Source: an uncultured Nitrososphaeraceae archaeon
GTDB taxonomy: Archaea > Thermoproteota > Nitrososphaeria > Nitrososphaerales > Nitrososphaeraceae
Length of the DNA: 64,000 bases
Reading direction: 5' to 3'
Assembly (NCBI GenBank): GCA_963765895.1
Contig: CAVXZB010000038.1
Span: forward strand, 32,001 to 96,000
Made by a program: the position numbers and the translations under genes. This document shows, piece by piece, positions 33,618 to 46,932 of this stretch. Every line of letters begins with the position of its first letter. The first letter of the stretch is position 1. The notes under the pieces are model-generated. The model was not told where the DNA came from. It saw nothing but the letters and a program-made list of their open reading frames with translations, and made no database searches.

Positions 33618-34035
33618 CAATATTGTAGATACAAATTGCTAAGAATACTAATCTAGTCTTATCCTAGGTCAGTCGGCTTGTAACATACAATGGTTCACCA
33701 ACCGATAGTCTTATGGCAATTTGATTCTTAAACTGGCTGACAAAAAGTAGGCAGAGGCTAGATTCGTAACTTAATTGACTTGGGTTTTTATGGAGTACCC
33801 TAGTTGTTACTTTGGTTGCGTCATTCACTTATCATAATTGCGCCAAATATGCATCAAGTTTTCCTGTAAAGTTAACGTCTGAGTTCTTGGTTAGATTTTC
33901 CCTTGCTCATTTATTGTTAATATGTCAGAAAATAGCATACTAGTCAGTTCCTAGATTATTATTATAGCCTTAGGTCATTCGATTTCAAAATTAGGGCATG
34001 GTACAGCATATATTACTACGCGGATAATTTCCAAC

Positions 34036-36420
<2,385 letters not shown>

Positions 36421-36998
36421 GTAAGCCTTTAATGTTAGGGATCACTCTTACACCTGAATATTCGATATTCGATACAGTCAAAAGTGATATCAAGATTGCC
36501 ACGGTGACCATTGACTTTTCTGGTTTAGTCAAGGCATCAAAATTCGCAGAGATTGTTGGTACCAACATTTAGAAACTAGACCTTTAGGAAAACATCAATC
36601 CTCAGAGAAGCGTCGAACACTTGCAGGCATCTTGCTCGTCCAAACATTTGGCTTGCATTGGGAGTCTGCTAGCTGAAGCCTCAAAGAATTATAGGAAAAA
36701 ATGGTGCGAAGGAGAAGTAATCTTCCTAATTCTGCCTACTAAATATTAGTAATCCAAGTTACTCTAGCGATGTCTGATAATTGCAGATGTAAATATTCAC
36801 TAATTTATAAATTACCTAATGGCTAGTTGTAATCTCTAACTAAATGGTATTGATGCAGGACATTGATAAAGATATAACTAAACCCGAAGGAAGAAGCTAT
36901 CTGAATGTCGCATCTAAGTTATCCGGCTGGAGTTACTAGATAGACCCCATCTATACCATAGAACAGTTTAAGTATTTTATAAGGTAGTAAGTCGGGTA

Positions 36999-37409
36999 TT
37001 GAAGATCTATCATAGAATAGAATTTTTAGCTGTTGCAGTAGCTGTTTGTGTTGGATTGGCTATGGAACATCCATCCATATTGGATTCTCAATTAGCACAC
37101 GCTGTCAAGGTCACAGTGACTTCTTATAATGATGGTTTTGTTGTAGGGAAAAATGATTGTAGGAGTAGAAATTCATATTCCACTACTGGTCATACAACTG
37201 TTTGGATAAACGGCTATAATGTTGGCTGGAAATCAGCTGGCTGCATGACACATACAGTAACTGCGACTTCTTATAATGATGGTTTTGTTGTAGGGAAAAA
37301 TGATTGTAGGAGTAGAAATTCATATTCCACTACTGGTCATACAACTGATTGGATAAACGGCTATAATGTTGGCTGGAAATCAGCTGGCTGCCGTCTACAA
37401 TCTAGCTAA
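36999..37409 (+). CDS. Small secreted protein with two near-identical Cys-bounded repeats
   Basis: Hydrophobic N-terminus ending AHA; TSYNDGFVVGKNDCRSRNSYSTTGHTT(V/D)WINGYNVGWKSAGC twice. Confidence 0.8.
   Translation: MKIYHRIEFLAVAVAVCVGLAMEHPSILDSQLAHAVKVTVTSYNDGFVVGKNDCRSRNSYSTTGHTTVWINGYNVGWKSAGCMTHTVTATSYNDGFVVGKNDCRSRNSYSTTGHTTDWINGYNVGWKSAGCRLQSS
37118..37391 (+). repeat. 127-bp tandem duplication (147-bp period)
   Basis: 37118-37244 and 37265-37391 differ at one base (GTT/GAT). Confidence 0.95.
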
Positions 37410-37847
37410 CAGACTATGATTTAGTTATTATATCTACTTCAAAAGACTGAATCGAATATTATTATTATTATTTTGTCAGGAATAGCCACCAAATTGGTAT
37501 GTATTCAATGTGTCCATACAGAAATTCCTGCTGATTAATCTGTGTTTTCGATATCGAGCAAGCGAATCGTCAAGCAAGCATCATATACTACTATTTTATT
37601 TAAAGTCATCTTTGAATAGCCCTTCTTGCAATTCTAATATTCAAGACTTAAGTTTTATGAAACAATTTTGTACTTGTAACAATTGATGCCATGAAGCAGC
37701 AATGCAAGGCATTCTGAGACACATCCTAAAATAGTCCAAAGAATCTATCGTGGAAACGGTATCCACAAGTAGCTACGCATAGCAGCCGAGATCTTTCTAA
37801 ATGATATTGCTTGGATGAGTTTGCTGTCCCCAAGCCATCATAATTAG

Positions 37848-38130
37848 TCACCGTCATCTTATTATACAGACTACACATATCGGCGCAAAAAGGATTCGGA
37901 AAAAGCCGAAATATTTCATAAAATCGAGCCTTATCTGACCTTTCTTAATATCCATCAACTACAAAGACAGGGCGCCGACATAAAAACGAAAGTAGAAGAA
38001 TTGGAAGAATTGAATCAATCAAAGACAGCGTGAAAAGGTATAGGATGATACTATAGCTCAGCTCTCAGATCAACTTGTGGCTATAACAGTAAGACTGCAA
38101 GATCTTGAGAGAAAACAATCGATCTTATAA
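37848..38130 (+). pseudogene. C-terminal remnant of a thaumarchaeal-type tyrosine integrase-like gene
   Basis: Hand translation TYRRKKDSEKAEIFHKIEPYLTFLNIHQLQRQGADIKTKVEELEELNQS / DDTIAQLSDQLVAITVRLQDLERKQ; recalled similarity to Nitrososphaeraceae integrase tails; second copy at 42866. Confidence 0.6.
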
Positions 38131-39174
38131 TGATAAAGAGACTACGTATCCATTAATAATAATATAATGAGAAAAAGTCAATGAAAGTAAATATACAATG
38201 TGCTATAGAAAGTATATTTAATTCCTATCTATCTACATATTCATACATTGCAGTTTCAAAGCATCAAACCTCTTTTCGTAAGAATAAATTTCTGTTTAAT
38301 AATTGCGTTGCTTCTACTAGACTAATTCCTTCAAGTCTTTGAACGTCAATATCCAGTAAAAAGGAACAAGTTAGTTTTAGCTTATTACCTTTCTATATAG
38401 AAACTTCCGGCAGTAACAGTATTTTACACTCAAACCTAGATCACATAGTTAGAATTCATATATGAGATAGATGCTATATACTATGTATAGATGGACTTTG
38501 AACTACTTTACTTAATACCGCCTATGATATTTATTGGACTGTTAATAGCCAGAGCTGGATATTATATGTTATCTGGAATTAATGCGTCCTCTGACGTCAG
38601 TGGCGTATTTGTATTGGGAGTCTTGTCAAAGATTGCTGACCGCATTCGAATCAGGAATTAGAAAAAAGGACTGGCAGTTCGAAAACGGACAGTTATCTTC
38701 TACGTCGGATTTGAATTGCCAGGCATTCTCAAGTGGACCCTTTGGTAATGACATCCCCAGTGAGTTGCTGATGCGCGCCCATGACTTACATTTGGGCGGT
38801 GTCATCTAATCAGTATCTATGTGCATTCAACCAAGCTGGTCTATCCAAATGATACCACCGCTAACGGTTTAAATCCTATCATGTTGATATGGAAACCGCT
38901 TCCTGCAGGTGTGTTAGTGTAGGACTGAGCGCTTTAAGTCCTATCATAATGATGTAGAAACTCGGGTACGGAAAACAATGAGCTTCGTTCATCCAGCCGT
39001 TACCGCAACTGACTATTTAAATAAAAATTAGGGAATATACTTTATATGCTCTTCATTCTGTTATTTCGCATGGAACCCGCACGCTTTTGGAATCGTAGAA
39101 AGAGATTGTTCTGACCGTTTCATAAAAGGAGCCTTTTTCTTACATATCAGAATAGAATAAGGACTAAAGTATGT

Positions 39175-39459
39175 TTATTGGTCTTGGAAAAGTTTGGGAA
39201 AGAATGATACATAAAGACCAATCAACGTACTTAGTAATGGTAAGTGTAATCTAAGAATTTCCATCACAGGTATCAATTCCGAAACTTTTGGAGGTGTTGT
39301 AATCGGTGGTCTAATAAGATTTGTCAATTTTGCTAGAGTTTTCGATAACGTCAAAAGTTCCTCTGGCGAATAGATTTCTTGTATTGAAGTCATAAAATCA
39401 GCAGTGTTTATACTGGAAGTATTAACTACCTTTTTTCTGCTTGATTTCCTGGGGCTCAC
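39175..39459 (-). CDS. Hypothetical protein
   Basis: 94-aa ORF, GTG start, C-terminal hydrophobic stretch; no motif. Confidence 0.35.
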   Translation of the reverse strand: MSPRKSSRKKVVNTSSINTADFMTSIQEIYSPEELLTLSKTLAKLTNLIRPPITTPPKVSELIPVMEILRLHLPLLSTLIGLYVSFFPKLFQDQ

Positions 39460-39521
39460 ATCTATTATCGAAGACAGTTCTATATAGGCATACTAGTTGA
39501 TATCAAAGAATTAAAAGTAAG

Positions 39522-39662
39522 ATGAATGAGGATACTGAAGTTGAAGGTGGACCAGGAGATATTATTGTAAAACCGTCTGGACACAATTCATGGGTTGTTG
39601 GGGATGAACCCTGTATAATGATTGACTTTACTAGTATGAAAGATTTTACAAAGAACGTATGA
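39522..39662 (+). pseudogene. Cupin-domain C-terminal remnant
   Basis: MNEDTEVEGGPGDIIVKPSGHNSWVVGDEPCIMIDFTSMKDF*: cupin motif 2 (PGD...P.GH..W); N-terminal half missing. Confidence 0.7.
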
Positions 39663-40092
39663 AGTAGAGCTTCTAGTAGTTTTCAGTCCGCCATACCCTA
39701 TTTAAGTGATTCTTAGCACCCCGTAACTGTAGGCACGACTGTCAATAACATTCAAAGATTTGAACACCAACGACGAATAAATCTTCATTTGACGGAAGTG
39801 AGATAGTGTTAGTTGTGATGTCACATGTGTGATCTAAAAATTCATCAATTCCTAAGGAATTCATATTATTTGAATGCATTTTTTGGTGTGCCTCATGATA
39901 GATATGCACCTAATGTGGGTACATCATTGTTTATCATTGTCTATCTATATCAACATACATGTGTACAGAAAATCCAATATTGTACAATGTACCAAAACTT
40001 ATTGGACTTTTTTACACTAAAATAATGCTTGAAATTTTCACCTTTAACAAGGTTAACTAATGATTATAAAGCATATGTTACAGATTCCATAA

Positions 40093-40683
40093 ATGAAAAA
40101 ATACAATAATACTAAGACCGTCTTATCTGTATCTAACAAATCAGCAATATTGGTATTTATTGTTGCCGCACTAATGATTTCTACTGGTGCTATTTATTTT
40201 ATTGTTGCCTCCCAAGACTACTCTGAACTTTCGCAATCAGTATCTACATTAGCTAATAGCAGTAACAATAGTAATGAAAACAAGGAAGCTGTAGATACAA
40301 TTGCAACTGTAAATGAAATGATATTTTTTATAGTAATTGGTACAGCATATATTGCAGCTGGAATATGGATGATGGAGAACAAATACTATAGTAAAATACC
40401 GTATGTCGTAGCTGCTATAGGCTCAATAGCACTCATTGCATTCTATATCTCCACAAGAACAACAAATATTCCTTCTATAGGAATACAAGGGGATGTAGGT
40501 ACAATAGATATCCTTTCCAAAGTTCTGCAAGCAGCTATAGCTGGTGTATCGATATACATTGTCAGAACGTCAACAATAGTATGGAGAAGTGCTACAACAA
40601 CAAGAGCAGCACCATCCTCCCCTGCTGAAATGTTAGAACATGAAATGCGAAAAATCCAACTAGCGGCGAAATCTAAAAAGTGA
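40093..40683 (+). CDS. Hypothetical membrane protein (about 4 TM)
   Basis: 196 aa; EMIFFIVIG.AY, YISTRT..IP.IG, GTIDILSKVLQ. Confidence 0.8.
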   Translation: MKKYNNTKTVLSVSNKSAILVFIVAALMISTGAIYFIVASQDYSELSQSVSTLANSSNNSNENKEAVDTIATVNEMIFFIVIGTAYIAAGIWMMENKYYSKIPYVVAAIGSIALIAFYISTRTTNIPSIGIQGDVGTIDILSKVLQAAIAGVSIYIVRTSTIVWRSATTTRAAPSSPAEMLEHEMRKIQLAAKSKK

Positions 40684-41116
40684 ACAGGATAACCCCTAAT
40701 TTATCCAATTTTTCATCCTGCTATCTTTATAGATATGACTATTACAGATTACGTACTATAAATTGGACGATTGTTTATACGCATAACAAAACTAGAGCAA
40801 TTACGATGATGATCCTAGAGACACAAAATTTGCTTTATGTAATTGTAATATCAGCCAATTAGACTTTAAAAGGCCATGAAGGAGAGCCTAACAACACATC
40901 GGTATAAACTGAATATTAGGTTAATCAAAATTCTTTAAACGAACTTTTAAAACTGCATTCAGAATTTGTCTTTATGCTTTAACCAGGTCTCCGTAAAAGA
41001 TGCATACGACGAATTGGAAATTGTGTTAGTCAAATTCATATTTTTTATGGTTCAAAAATAAATAAATTTTTAAATAAACTATATTCTTGGGGTGATCAAC
41101 AACAACTTATACTATC

Positions 41117-41650
41117 TCATGATAATATCGGTTCTTTTATTCTAATGCTTTCGATTAATTTCTCAAGATAGCCTAGACATCGTTCGAAATACGGAATTGC
41201 TTTCATATTGGTTTTTGTATAATTAGCTAATACTTCAAAAGCTTCCTGAGATATTAAGGAATTTCCTAATGAATAATTTCTTAGTTGCCTTATAGTCCAA
41301 TACCAGTTACCGTATTGATTTGCCTTATCTAAATCATTTAACAGATCAATACTCTTAGTTTCAGCTGATAATGCGCTTTGGATTTTGTCTATTTCAATCC
41401 TGTCAGATGGGACCATCAAGCCAAATTTATCATTTATCTTAAATAGAAGAGAGTCAACCGTTCCAATCATTTGACTAAGAAATGAGTCCGTCTCTATTTC
41501 TGCACTTGTTCGGAATTCGCTTGATGTAAGATCGTTATATCTCAATTCAATATCTTGTAAATTCTTTAAATGTTGTTGGCAGGCATAAAGCTTAAAGCCT
41601 ATTCTGTCAGTCTGGAATCTTGAAAAATCTTCAGTAGACAAATCACTCAC
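41117..41650 (-). CDS. Hypothetical helical protein (HEPN-like by impression)
   Basis: 177 aa, all-alpha; FKLYACQQHLKNL, ETDSFL, WYWTIRQLRNY. Confidence 0.7.
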   Translation of the reverse strand: MSDLSTEDFSRFQTDRIGFKLYACQQHLKNLQDIELRYNDLTSSEFRTSAEIETDSFLSQMIGTVDSLLFKINDKFGLMVPSDRIEIDKIQSALSAETKSIDLLNDLDKANQYGNWYWTIRQLRNYSLGNSLISQEAFEVLANYTKTNMKAIPYFERCLGYLEKLIESIRIKEPILS

Positions 41651-41971
41651 AGAGCTAACTTGAACTCAGTGATATTTAGTTTTATTACAGGATCATTTCT
41701 GGCTGACAAATGATAATAATCTAGTTCTATGAATAGAAAAAGAGGTCAAAACAAGCTGTGACTTTGGGAAGCTTTGTACATCAAAGCTCATGTTGCCCCA
41801 AACTTTTTTTGAGAACGTTCTCTCCATTTTATAAAATGGTACAGATCAAGATGGTAATATAGACATAATAGTTGGTGAATGATTGTAAAATTTGTTGTTG
41901 TGACTATCACTTCTTTCGTTTGCCTTTAGAGGGTTTTGTCGCGGGGCCTTTTCAACAATTTCGATATCTAG

Positions 41972-42110
41972 TTATTGACTTTAGTAGCAAATCCAAAAGT
42001 GAAAGGGCAAGAACCGCATTAGTAAAAAATAAAGCTAAAAAAGTAATCAGAGAACTTGCGCCAAATAATCCTGTATACTATGAAAAATTAAGGGAGAGGC
42101 TAAAAAAAAT
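41972..42110 (+). pseudogene. Fragment resembling the C-terminus of type I restriction enzyme subunit R
   Basis: KSKSERARTALVKNKAKKVIRELAPNNPVYYEKLRERLKKI, similar to the NP.YY.KL.ERL..I segment of HsdR tails. Confidence 0.5.
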
Positions 42111-42140
42111 TCTTCCAGTAATGATCGTATAATAATTTAT

Positions 42141-42320
42141 GTGGATCTAAAAAATGTGCCAACATTAGCTGCCATCCCTTACGTAAAGGAAGTCAATCCA
42201 CATAAACCATTGTGCTCATTTAATAATGTAGCTGCTCAGATCCTAAATCTAGATAAAATCCAGAATCCTAGTTCCCTTGACGGCAGAGGCCAGATAATTG
42301 CTATTGCCGATACTAGATTG
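42141..42320 (+). pseudogene. Subtilase (S8) fragment
   Basis: NNVAAQIL...LDGRGQIIAIADTRLD resembles the catalytic-Asp region (GLDG.GQIVAVADTGLD); the rest of the ORF is unrelated sequence. Confidence 0.6.
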
Positions 42321-42865
42321 GATATACGAATCAGCAATTCCGGTATTTTTTTGCGTTTCTTCTTCATAGATCGACAATTTGTCGTTCTTCTCCTTAGGCC
42401 TAGTCTTTTTTTCCATTTATTTAGACAATATCGTTCTGTACCATGAATTGAGATAAGTCTTTGTGCTATTGTTCTCGTAAGGCAACTTAATTTTTTCACA
42501 GATAGACTCAATATTTAAAACTACACACTCGAATGAATCCTTGTTTGTAGACTGCGGCATTTGGCGCGCCATTGATAGACATGTCCTACTTTTATCAATG
42601 CCAAGGCGTCAGTCTATGCATTTTATGTCTCGATTTAAAAAAGGTTTTTAAATTGGCGCCCCGCACATCTGTATTAGAAGACACTTTTCCGATATAATTA
42701 AACTGGACGTGTCAAAATCCGATACTGTCCGATGTGTTAAAACTTACTGGTGATTGACTGAATTAAATACACTAGTTCACATCCATTAATCGCTACTATC
42801 TATAGATATCAATTTCTGAGCACCTTATAGCACCTTAAATATTACATCCATATTCAACTAGCGTA

Positions 42866-42936
42866 CATCAACTACAAAGAAAGGGCGCTGATATACAACA
42901 AAGATAGAGGAATTGGAAGATCTCAATCAGTCGCTA
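42866..42936 (+). pseudogene. Second, shorter integrase-tail remnant
   Basis: CATCAACTACAAAGAAAGGGCGCTGATATA vs CATCAACTACAAAGACAGGGCGCCGACATA at 37953; HQLQRKGADIQ/KIEELEDLNQSL. Confidence 0.6.
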
Positions 42937-43287
42937 AGAAGACTGAAGAGGAATTGGAAAATAAGGTAAATGAAAGCTGAGAAAGAATGATAAGATTGAT
43001 CCTTGCATACATAGATACATGTTAATCACTCAACTGTCACATTAAAAGGAAGTGTAACTATCTATCCTCCCATGCGCTTTACTGGCAGCCAGGTAGATTC
43101 TTTATCTTTTCCTGGGTAATCATGTTGAATGTAGATATCAAGTGAGCCATCTGTGTTGTTCTTTAATCCTTAGTATATTTGCCTATATTATAACGATTGA
43201 TAGGATTTTCTACAATTTCTTATTTGATTGATTGAAGGACGATTTCTTATTATACAATGTCAACGAATAGATCGTGAGAAAAACAAT

Positions 43288-43446
43288 ATGCTATGTGACA
43301 ATTGTGGCAAAGATACAAAATACCTTGTACGAGTCGTATCTGAACAGGATGTGAATAGTGGTATGAGCAGTAGAGGTACTGAGCCCAGAACAGAAGCTCT
43401 GCCAGTGGATCAACAATGGTGTCTTAGTTGCATTAATCAGCAGTAA
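43288..43446 (+). CDS. Small zinc-ribbon-like protein
   Basis: MLCDNCGK...WCLSCINQQ (CxxC...CxxC), 52 aa from ATG 43288. Confidence 0.65.
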   Translation: MLCDNCGKDTKYLVRVVSEQDVNSGMSSRGTEPRTEALPVDQQWCLSCINQQ

Positions 43447-43599
43447 CAGTATTTGTTACCGTATTTTGATACAGTAATAATAGAAAATATATGCAAACTC
43501 ATTAATCTGATAAGGTACCTCTTCCTGGCGATACTATCCAGTTAGATAATTTAGAGATCAAAGATTAAACATCACTGCTTAGCAGGACCTTCATTCGTC

Positions 43600-44190
43600 T
43601 CATCCGCCCTGCGCTTTTGTCAGTATTGTCGCGATTAGGAAACCTGCCAGCAACGCCATTCCTTTACCAATTCCTTCCTTCTTGAATGCTTCTGGGATCA
43701 TAGACTCCCTCACATCACCAGGATGGCACCAGCCGCGAATGCTATAGATATTGAAATTATAGCGGGGCTCGTATTAGATAGTAGTCCATAGCCAATCGTT
43801 GTTGATATGGTTCCTATGACAATGGCTACAGACCACAATGCAAGTATGTATTTTCTACTTAGTCCAGAGGACTTCATATCGTTAGTTGAAGCTAATCCCA
43901 CAGGAAGGTTTGAGACAAAGATTGCTACCAGAAACGCTACATTTATTGTACCTCCTGCCGCAAGTGTAACTCCAGGCACTGCATTTTCGGGTATGTTGTC
44001 CATGACAGATCCAATGAATAATGATCGCCCTGACGCGGGTTTACTGTCACTGGGAATTTTGCGATCAGATCCGTTTATGTGTCCATTTTTAGAGGCTATA
44101 GATTTTGACTTTCTCTCAAGAATTAGATTTGCTATGCTATATGAAACACCTCCCAAGATGAATCCAGTTGCCGTTGTTAAGATCTCCCAG
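43600..44190 (-). pseudogene. ZIP/ZupT-family metal transporter, N-terminally truncated and frameshifted
   Basis: GSVMDNIPENA, VAIFVSNLPVG, AFAAGAILVM / ESMIPEAF...LLAGFLIA; first TMs missing. Confidence 0.82.
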
Positions 44191-44413
44191 TGATTTATAT
44201 TAGAAGTCTTATCAGGAAAAGATATATTTTGCGTACTGATTTAATGTCTGACTATCAGCTGGGTGTCCTCTAGTAGCCATACTCTCTAATCGCTCATACC
44301 CAGGATGAGGAGTTATTACTCTAATTACGCTAGTCTAACTTAGGAACGAGATTAACCAAATACTCTAAGGCAACTGCAATAATCTTAAATCTGACCTCTA
44401 TCTCCTTGATCAT

Positions 44414-45656
44414 ATGAATATCTTTCCTCCCCTTGAACAAAAACTAGATCCTTTCAAGTTTTATGCAACAATGAGAAAATCCAATCCCATATCTTATGAC
44501 GACAAGAATAAACTTTGGGGAGTATTCCGGTATTATGATGTTCAATCAATCCTGGGTGATTATACTCATTTCTCTTCAAAGCCACCTATCCCAGAGTCCC
44601 CAGAGAGGTAAACAACTACAGGATGAAAGTAGACAAGTAGCTTTCTCTCGTCCTAGCTTGCTCAAATCCGATCCTCCATACCATAGGATATTACGGGGAG
44701 TAATTGCATCAGCCTTTACGCCAATGGCAATAGCTAGACTAGAAAGCCGTATCGAGGATGTAGCGAATCACTTGATAGATAAAGTGATCAAAAACGGGCG
44801 TATGGATCTTATATCAGACCTAGCATATCCATTACCAGTAACAGTTATCGCAGAACTACTTGGAGTTCCAGTAGAGGATCGTAATATTTTTCAAGTCTGG
44901 GCAGACAAGTTGGTTTCATCAGCGGGTGGCGAGCTTAATGAAGAGTCAGAATCAACAAAGAATTTGATCACAATTCAATCTGAAATGGACGAATACTTTG
45001 GACCAATAATAGATAAGAGATCCAAAGATCCACATCAGGATCTCATAAGCAACCTGATAAAGGCTGAGGCCGATGGTAATCACTTGAATAAAGAAGAAAT
45101 ACTTGCATTTTGTACTCTCTTGCTTCTTGCCGGTCACGTGACTACTGTCAATCTTATAGGAAATGCAGTACTCTCACTTCTTCAATATCAGGAACAGTTT
45201 GCACTTTTAAAAAGAGATGCGTCCTACTCTTTACTTCCCTCTGTGATAGAAGAGACACTGCGCTATCGCTCTCCGGTGCAGGCAGTATTCCGAATTACAA
45301 ACCGGGGTGCAAAAGTTGCAGAGCAGCCCATAGAACCAGGACAGGGTGTCATCGTATGGCTTGGGTCTGCAAACCATGATGAAAAAGTATTTCCCAATCC
45401 TGACAGATTTGATATTTCAAGAAGCCCACATGGTCATTCTCATGTGGGATTTGGAAATGGGATCCATTTTTGTCTGGGCGCACCTCTAGCAAGGCTTGAA
45501 GGAAAGCTAGCCCTCAAAGTAGTTCTCGAACGTCTAAAGGACCTTCAGTTTGATTATAAACAAGATAGTGACTTGGAGGGTTTACCACAAAACATACAAC
45601 CATTGCGCAGTGTATTCTTCCATGGTGTATCGGCCTTGCCCTTAAAATTTAGCTAA
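44414..45656 (+). pseudogene. Cytochrome P450 (bacterial CYP107/109-like), frameshifted near the N-terminus
   Basis: DPFKFYATMRK.NP...WGVFRYYDV / LLKSDPPYH, LLLAGHVTT, EETLRYRSPV, HVGFGNGIHFCLGAPLARLE; shift near 44600. Confidence 0.92.
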
Positions 45657-45847
45657 AGCATACCGCTCGGGCTAATGCGATTAGGACATTTTGACTATGA
45701 AATCTCACCTCTGGTATCAAATCGCTAGTAATGGATCCTGATTGGCGATTGATATCTACTTTGTAACCATGAAGTATAGATACACATTTTTAAACGCAAT
45801 TTTTTCACAGTAATACTAAAATCAAGGATATTGCTTAATTATCATAT

Positions 45848-46003
45848 ATGGCAACGGCGTGTCTAGCTAGTTTTGCTATTTTAGCAGGCGGGTTATCCCT
45901 CGTTTATGGCCTAGGCTGGTATAAAAATAGAAAGTTTAAAAGACGAATTACTAGACGTGTTAAAGCTGTAGATTATCTCCCTGAACAACCAGCAACGAAC
46001 TAA
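45848..46003 (+). CDS. 51-aa single-TM microprotein
   Basis: MATACLASFAILAGGLSLVYGLGWYKNRKFKRRITRRVKAVDYLPEQPATN*; TM followed by a basic patch; CTTAATT TATA-like element upstream. Confidence 0.5.
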   Translation: MATACLASFAILAGGLSLVYGLGWYKNRKFKRRITRRVKAVDYLPEQPATN

Positions 46004-46278
46004 CCAGATAATCCGTTAACCAGCTCACCAACTAACCAACTAAATATGACTTCTCATAGTTCAATACCTAATCATTCAGTTTGTCCTGAGCAGTAAAAAG
46101 GGGGGGCCTGTGTTGTTTAGCCAAGTAGAGCAACCCTTTGCAATTCGCGGCTAATTCGAATGCAAAATTTGCAAAGATTTTACAATCAAGTCTAATTCCT
46201 TCTATAAAATTGCATTAATCCGTGATAAAAGATTTATTCACCAACATCCTTATGAATAGCAGGACAGGGAAGCGAACA

Positions 46279-46932
46279 ATGTCTAATTCGAATTCTGATT
46301 TAAATGAAAGCCCTAATCACTTTCTAGTACTTGATGCCATTACAAGAAGTGTTGGTAACCTGGAGAAGATTGCAAAAGTCACTAAATTGTCTAAAGAAGA
46401 AGTGGAATCGATTATTAATGATTTATTAACTCAGAGATTGATAGTCAAGGTCGAGAAAAAGGGCTTTTTCAGGAAGAAAGTCAACCTGGGGGTAACTGAA
46501 ATAGGGCTCAAACTACTCAACGCAAAAAAACAAGAGTTAGAAGAAAAAAGACAGCAAATGCAGCAGTCATTTGATAATGGTAACGGTACTCAATTACAAA
46601 GCTACATGGATGCAAATAGAATGTGGATACCTTTGATGTTGTTCTCAGGTATAATGGACGTTATGTTTTTCACGTCAATGATGTCTTTTATGGGAATGGG
46701 TATGAATCCAATAGAGAGTGCACTAACATCAGGTGATAGCGGTGTACAAGATACTGGGACAAATTCTGGTGAGGCGCACCAGGTTGACGATCACGGCGGG
46801 TCAGCAGATACTGCCGGTGATGGTGCAGGTGGTGGTGGTGGTGATAATATTGATGGATCTGGCGTTGATTCCGGCGGTTACGACACTGGCGGTTTTGATG
46901 GATTCGATGGTGGAGGATTTGACAGTTTCTAG
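46279..46932 (+). CDS. Winged-helix (MarR-like) protein with Met-rich hydrophobic segment and Gly/Asp-rich tail
   Basis: FLVLDAI...LEKIAKVTKLSKEEVESIINDLLTQRLI...VTEIGLKLL; MWIPLMLFSGIMDVMFFTSMMSFMGMGM; GGYDTGGFDGFDGGGFDSF; frame open from 46222. Confidence 0.8.
   Translation: MSNSNSDLNESPNHFLVLDAITRSVGNLEKIAKVTKLSKEEVESIINDLLTQRLIVKVEKKGFFRKKVNLGVTEIGLKLLNAKKQELEEKRQQMQQSFDNGNGTQLQSYMDANRMWIPLMLFSGIMDVMFFTSMMSFMGMGMNPIESALTSGDSGVQDTGTNSGEAHQVDDHGGSADTAGDGAGGGGGDNIDGSGVDSGGYDTGGFDGFDGGGFDSF

Noticed and set aside
37118-37391. Long direct repeats as a possible CRISPR array
   Set aside because: Only two 127-bp units, in frame within a coding sequence; no spacers or cas genes
46099-46165. GGGGGGGCCTGTG...TAGCCAAGTAGAGC...TTCGAAT segment with tRNA-like words
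   Set aside because: Cannot be folded into a cloverleaf; no matching acceptor stem
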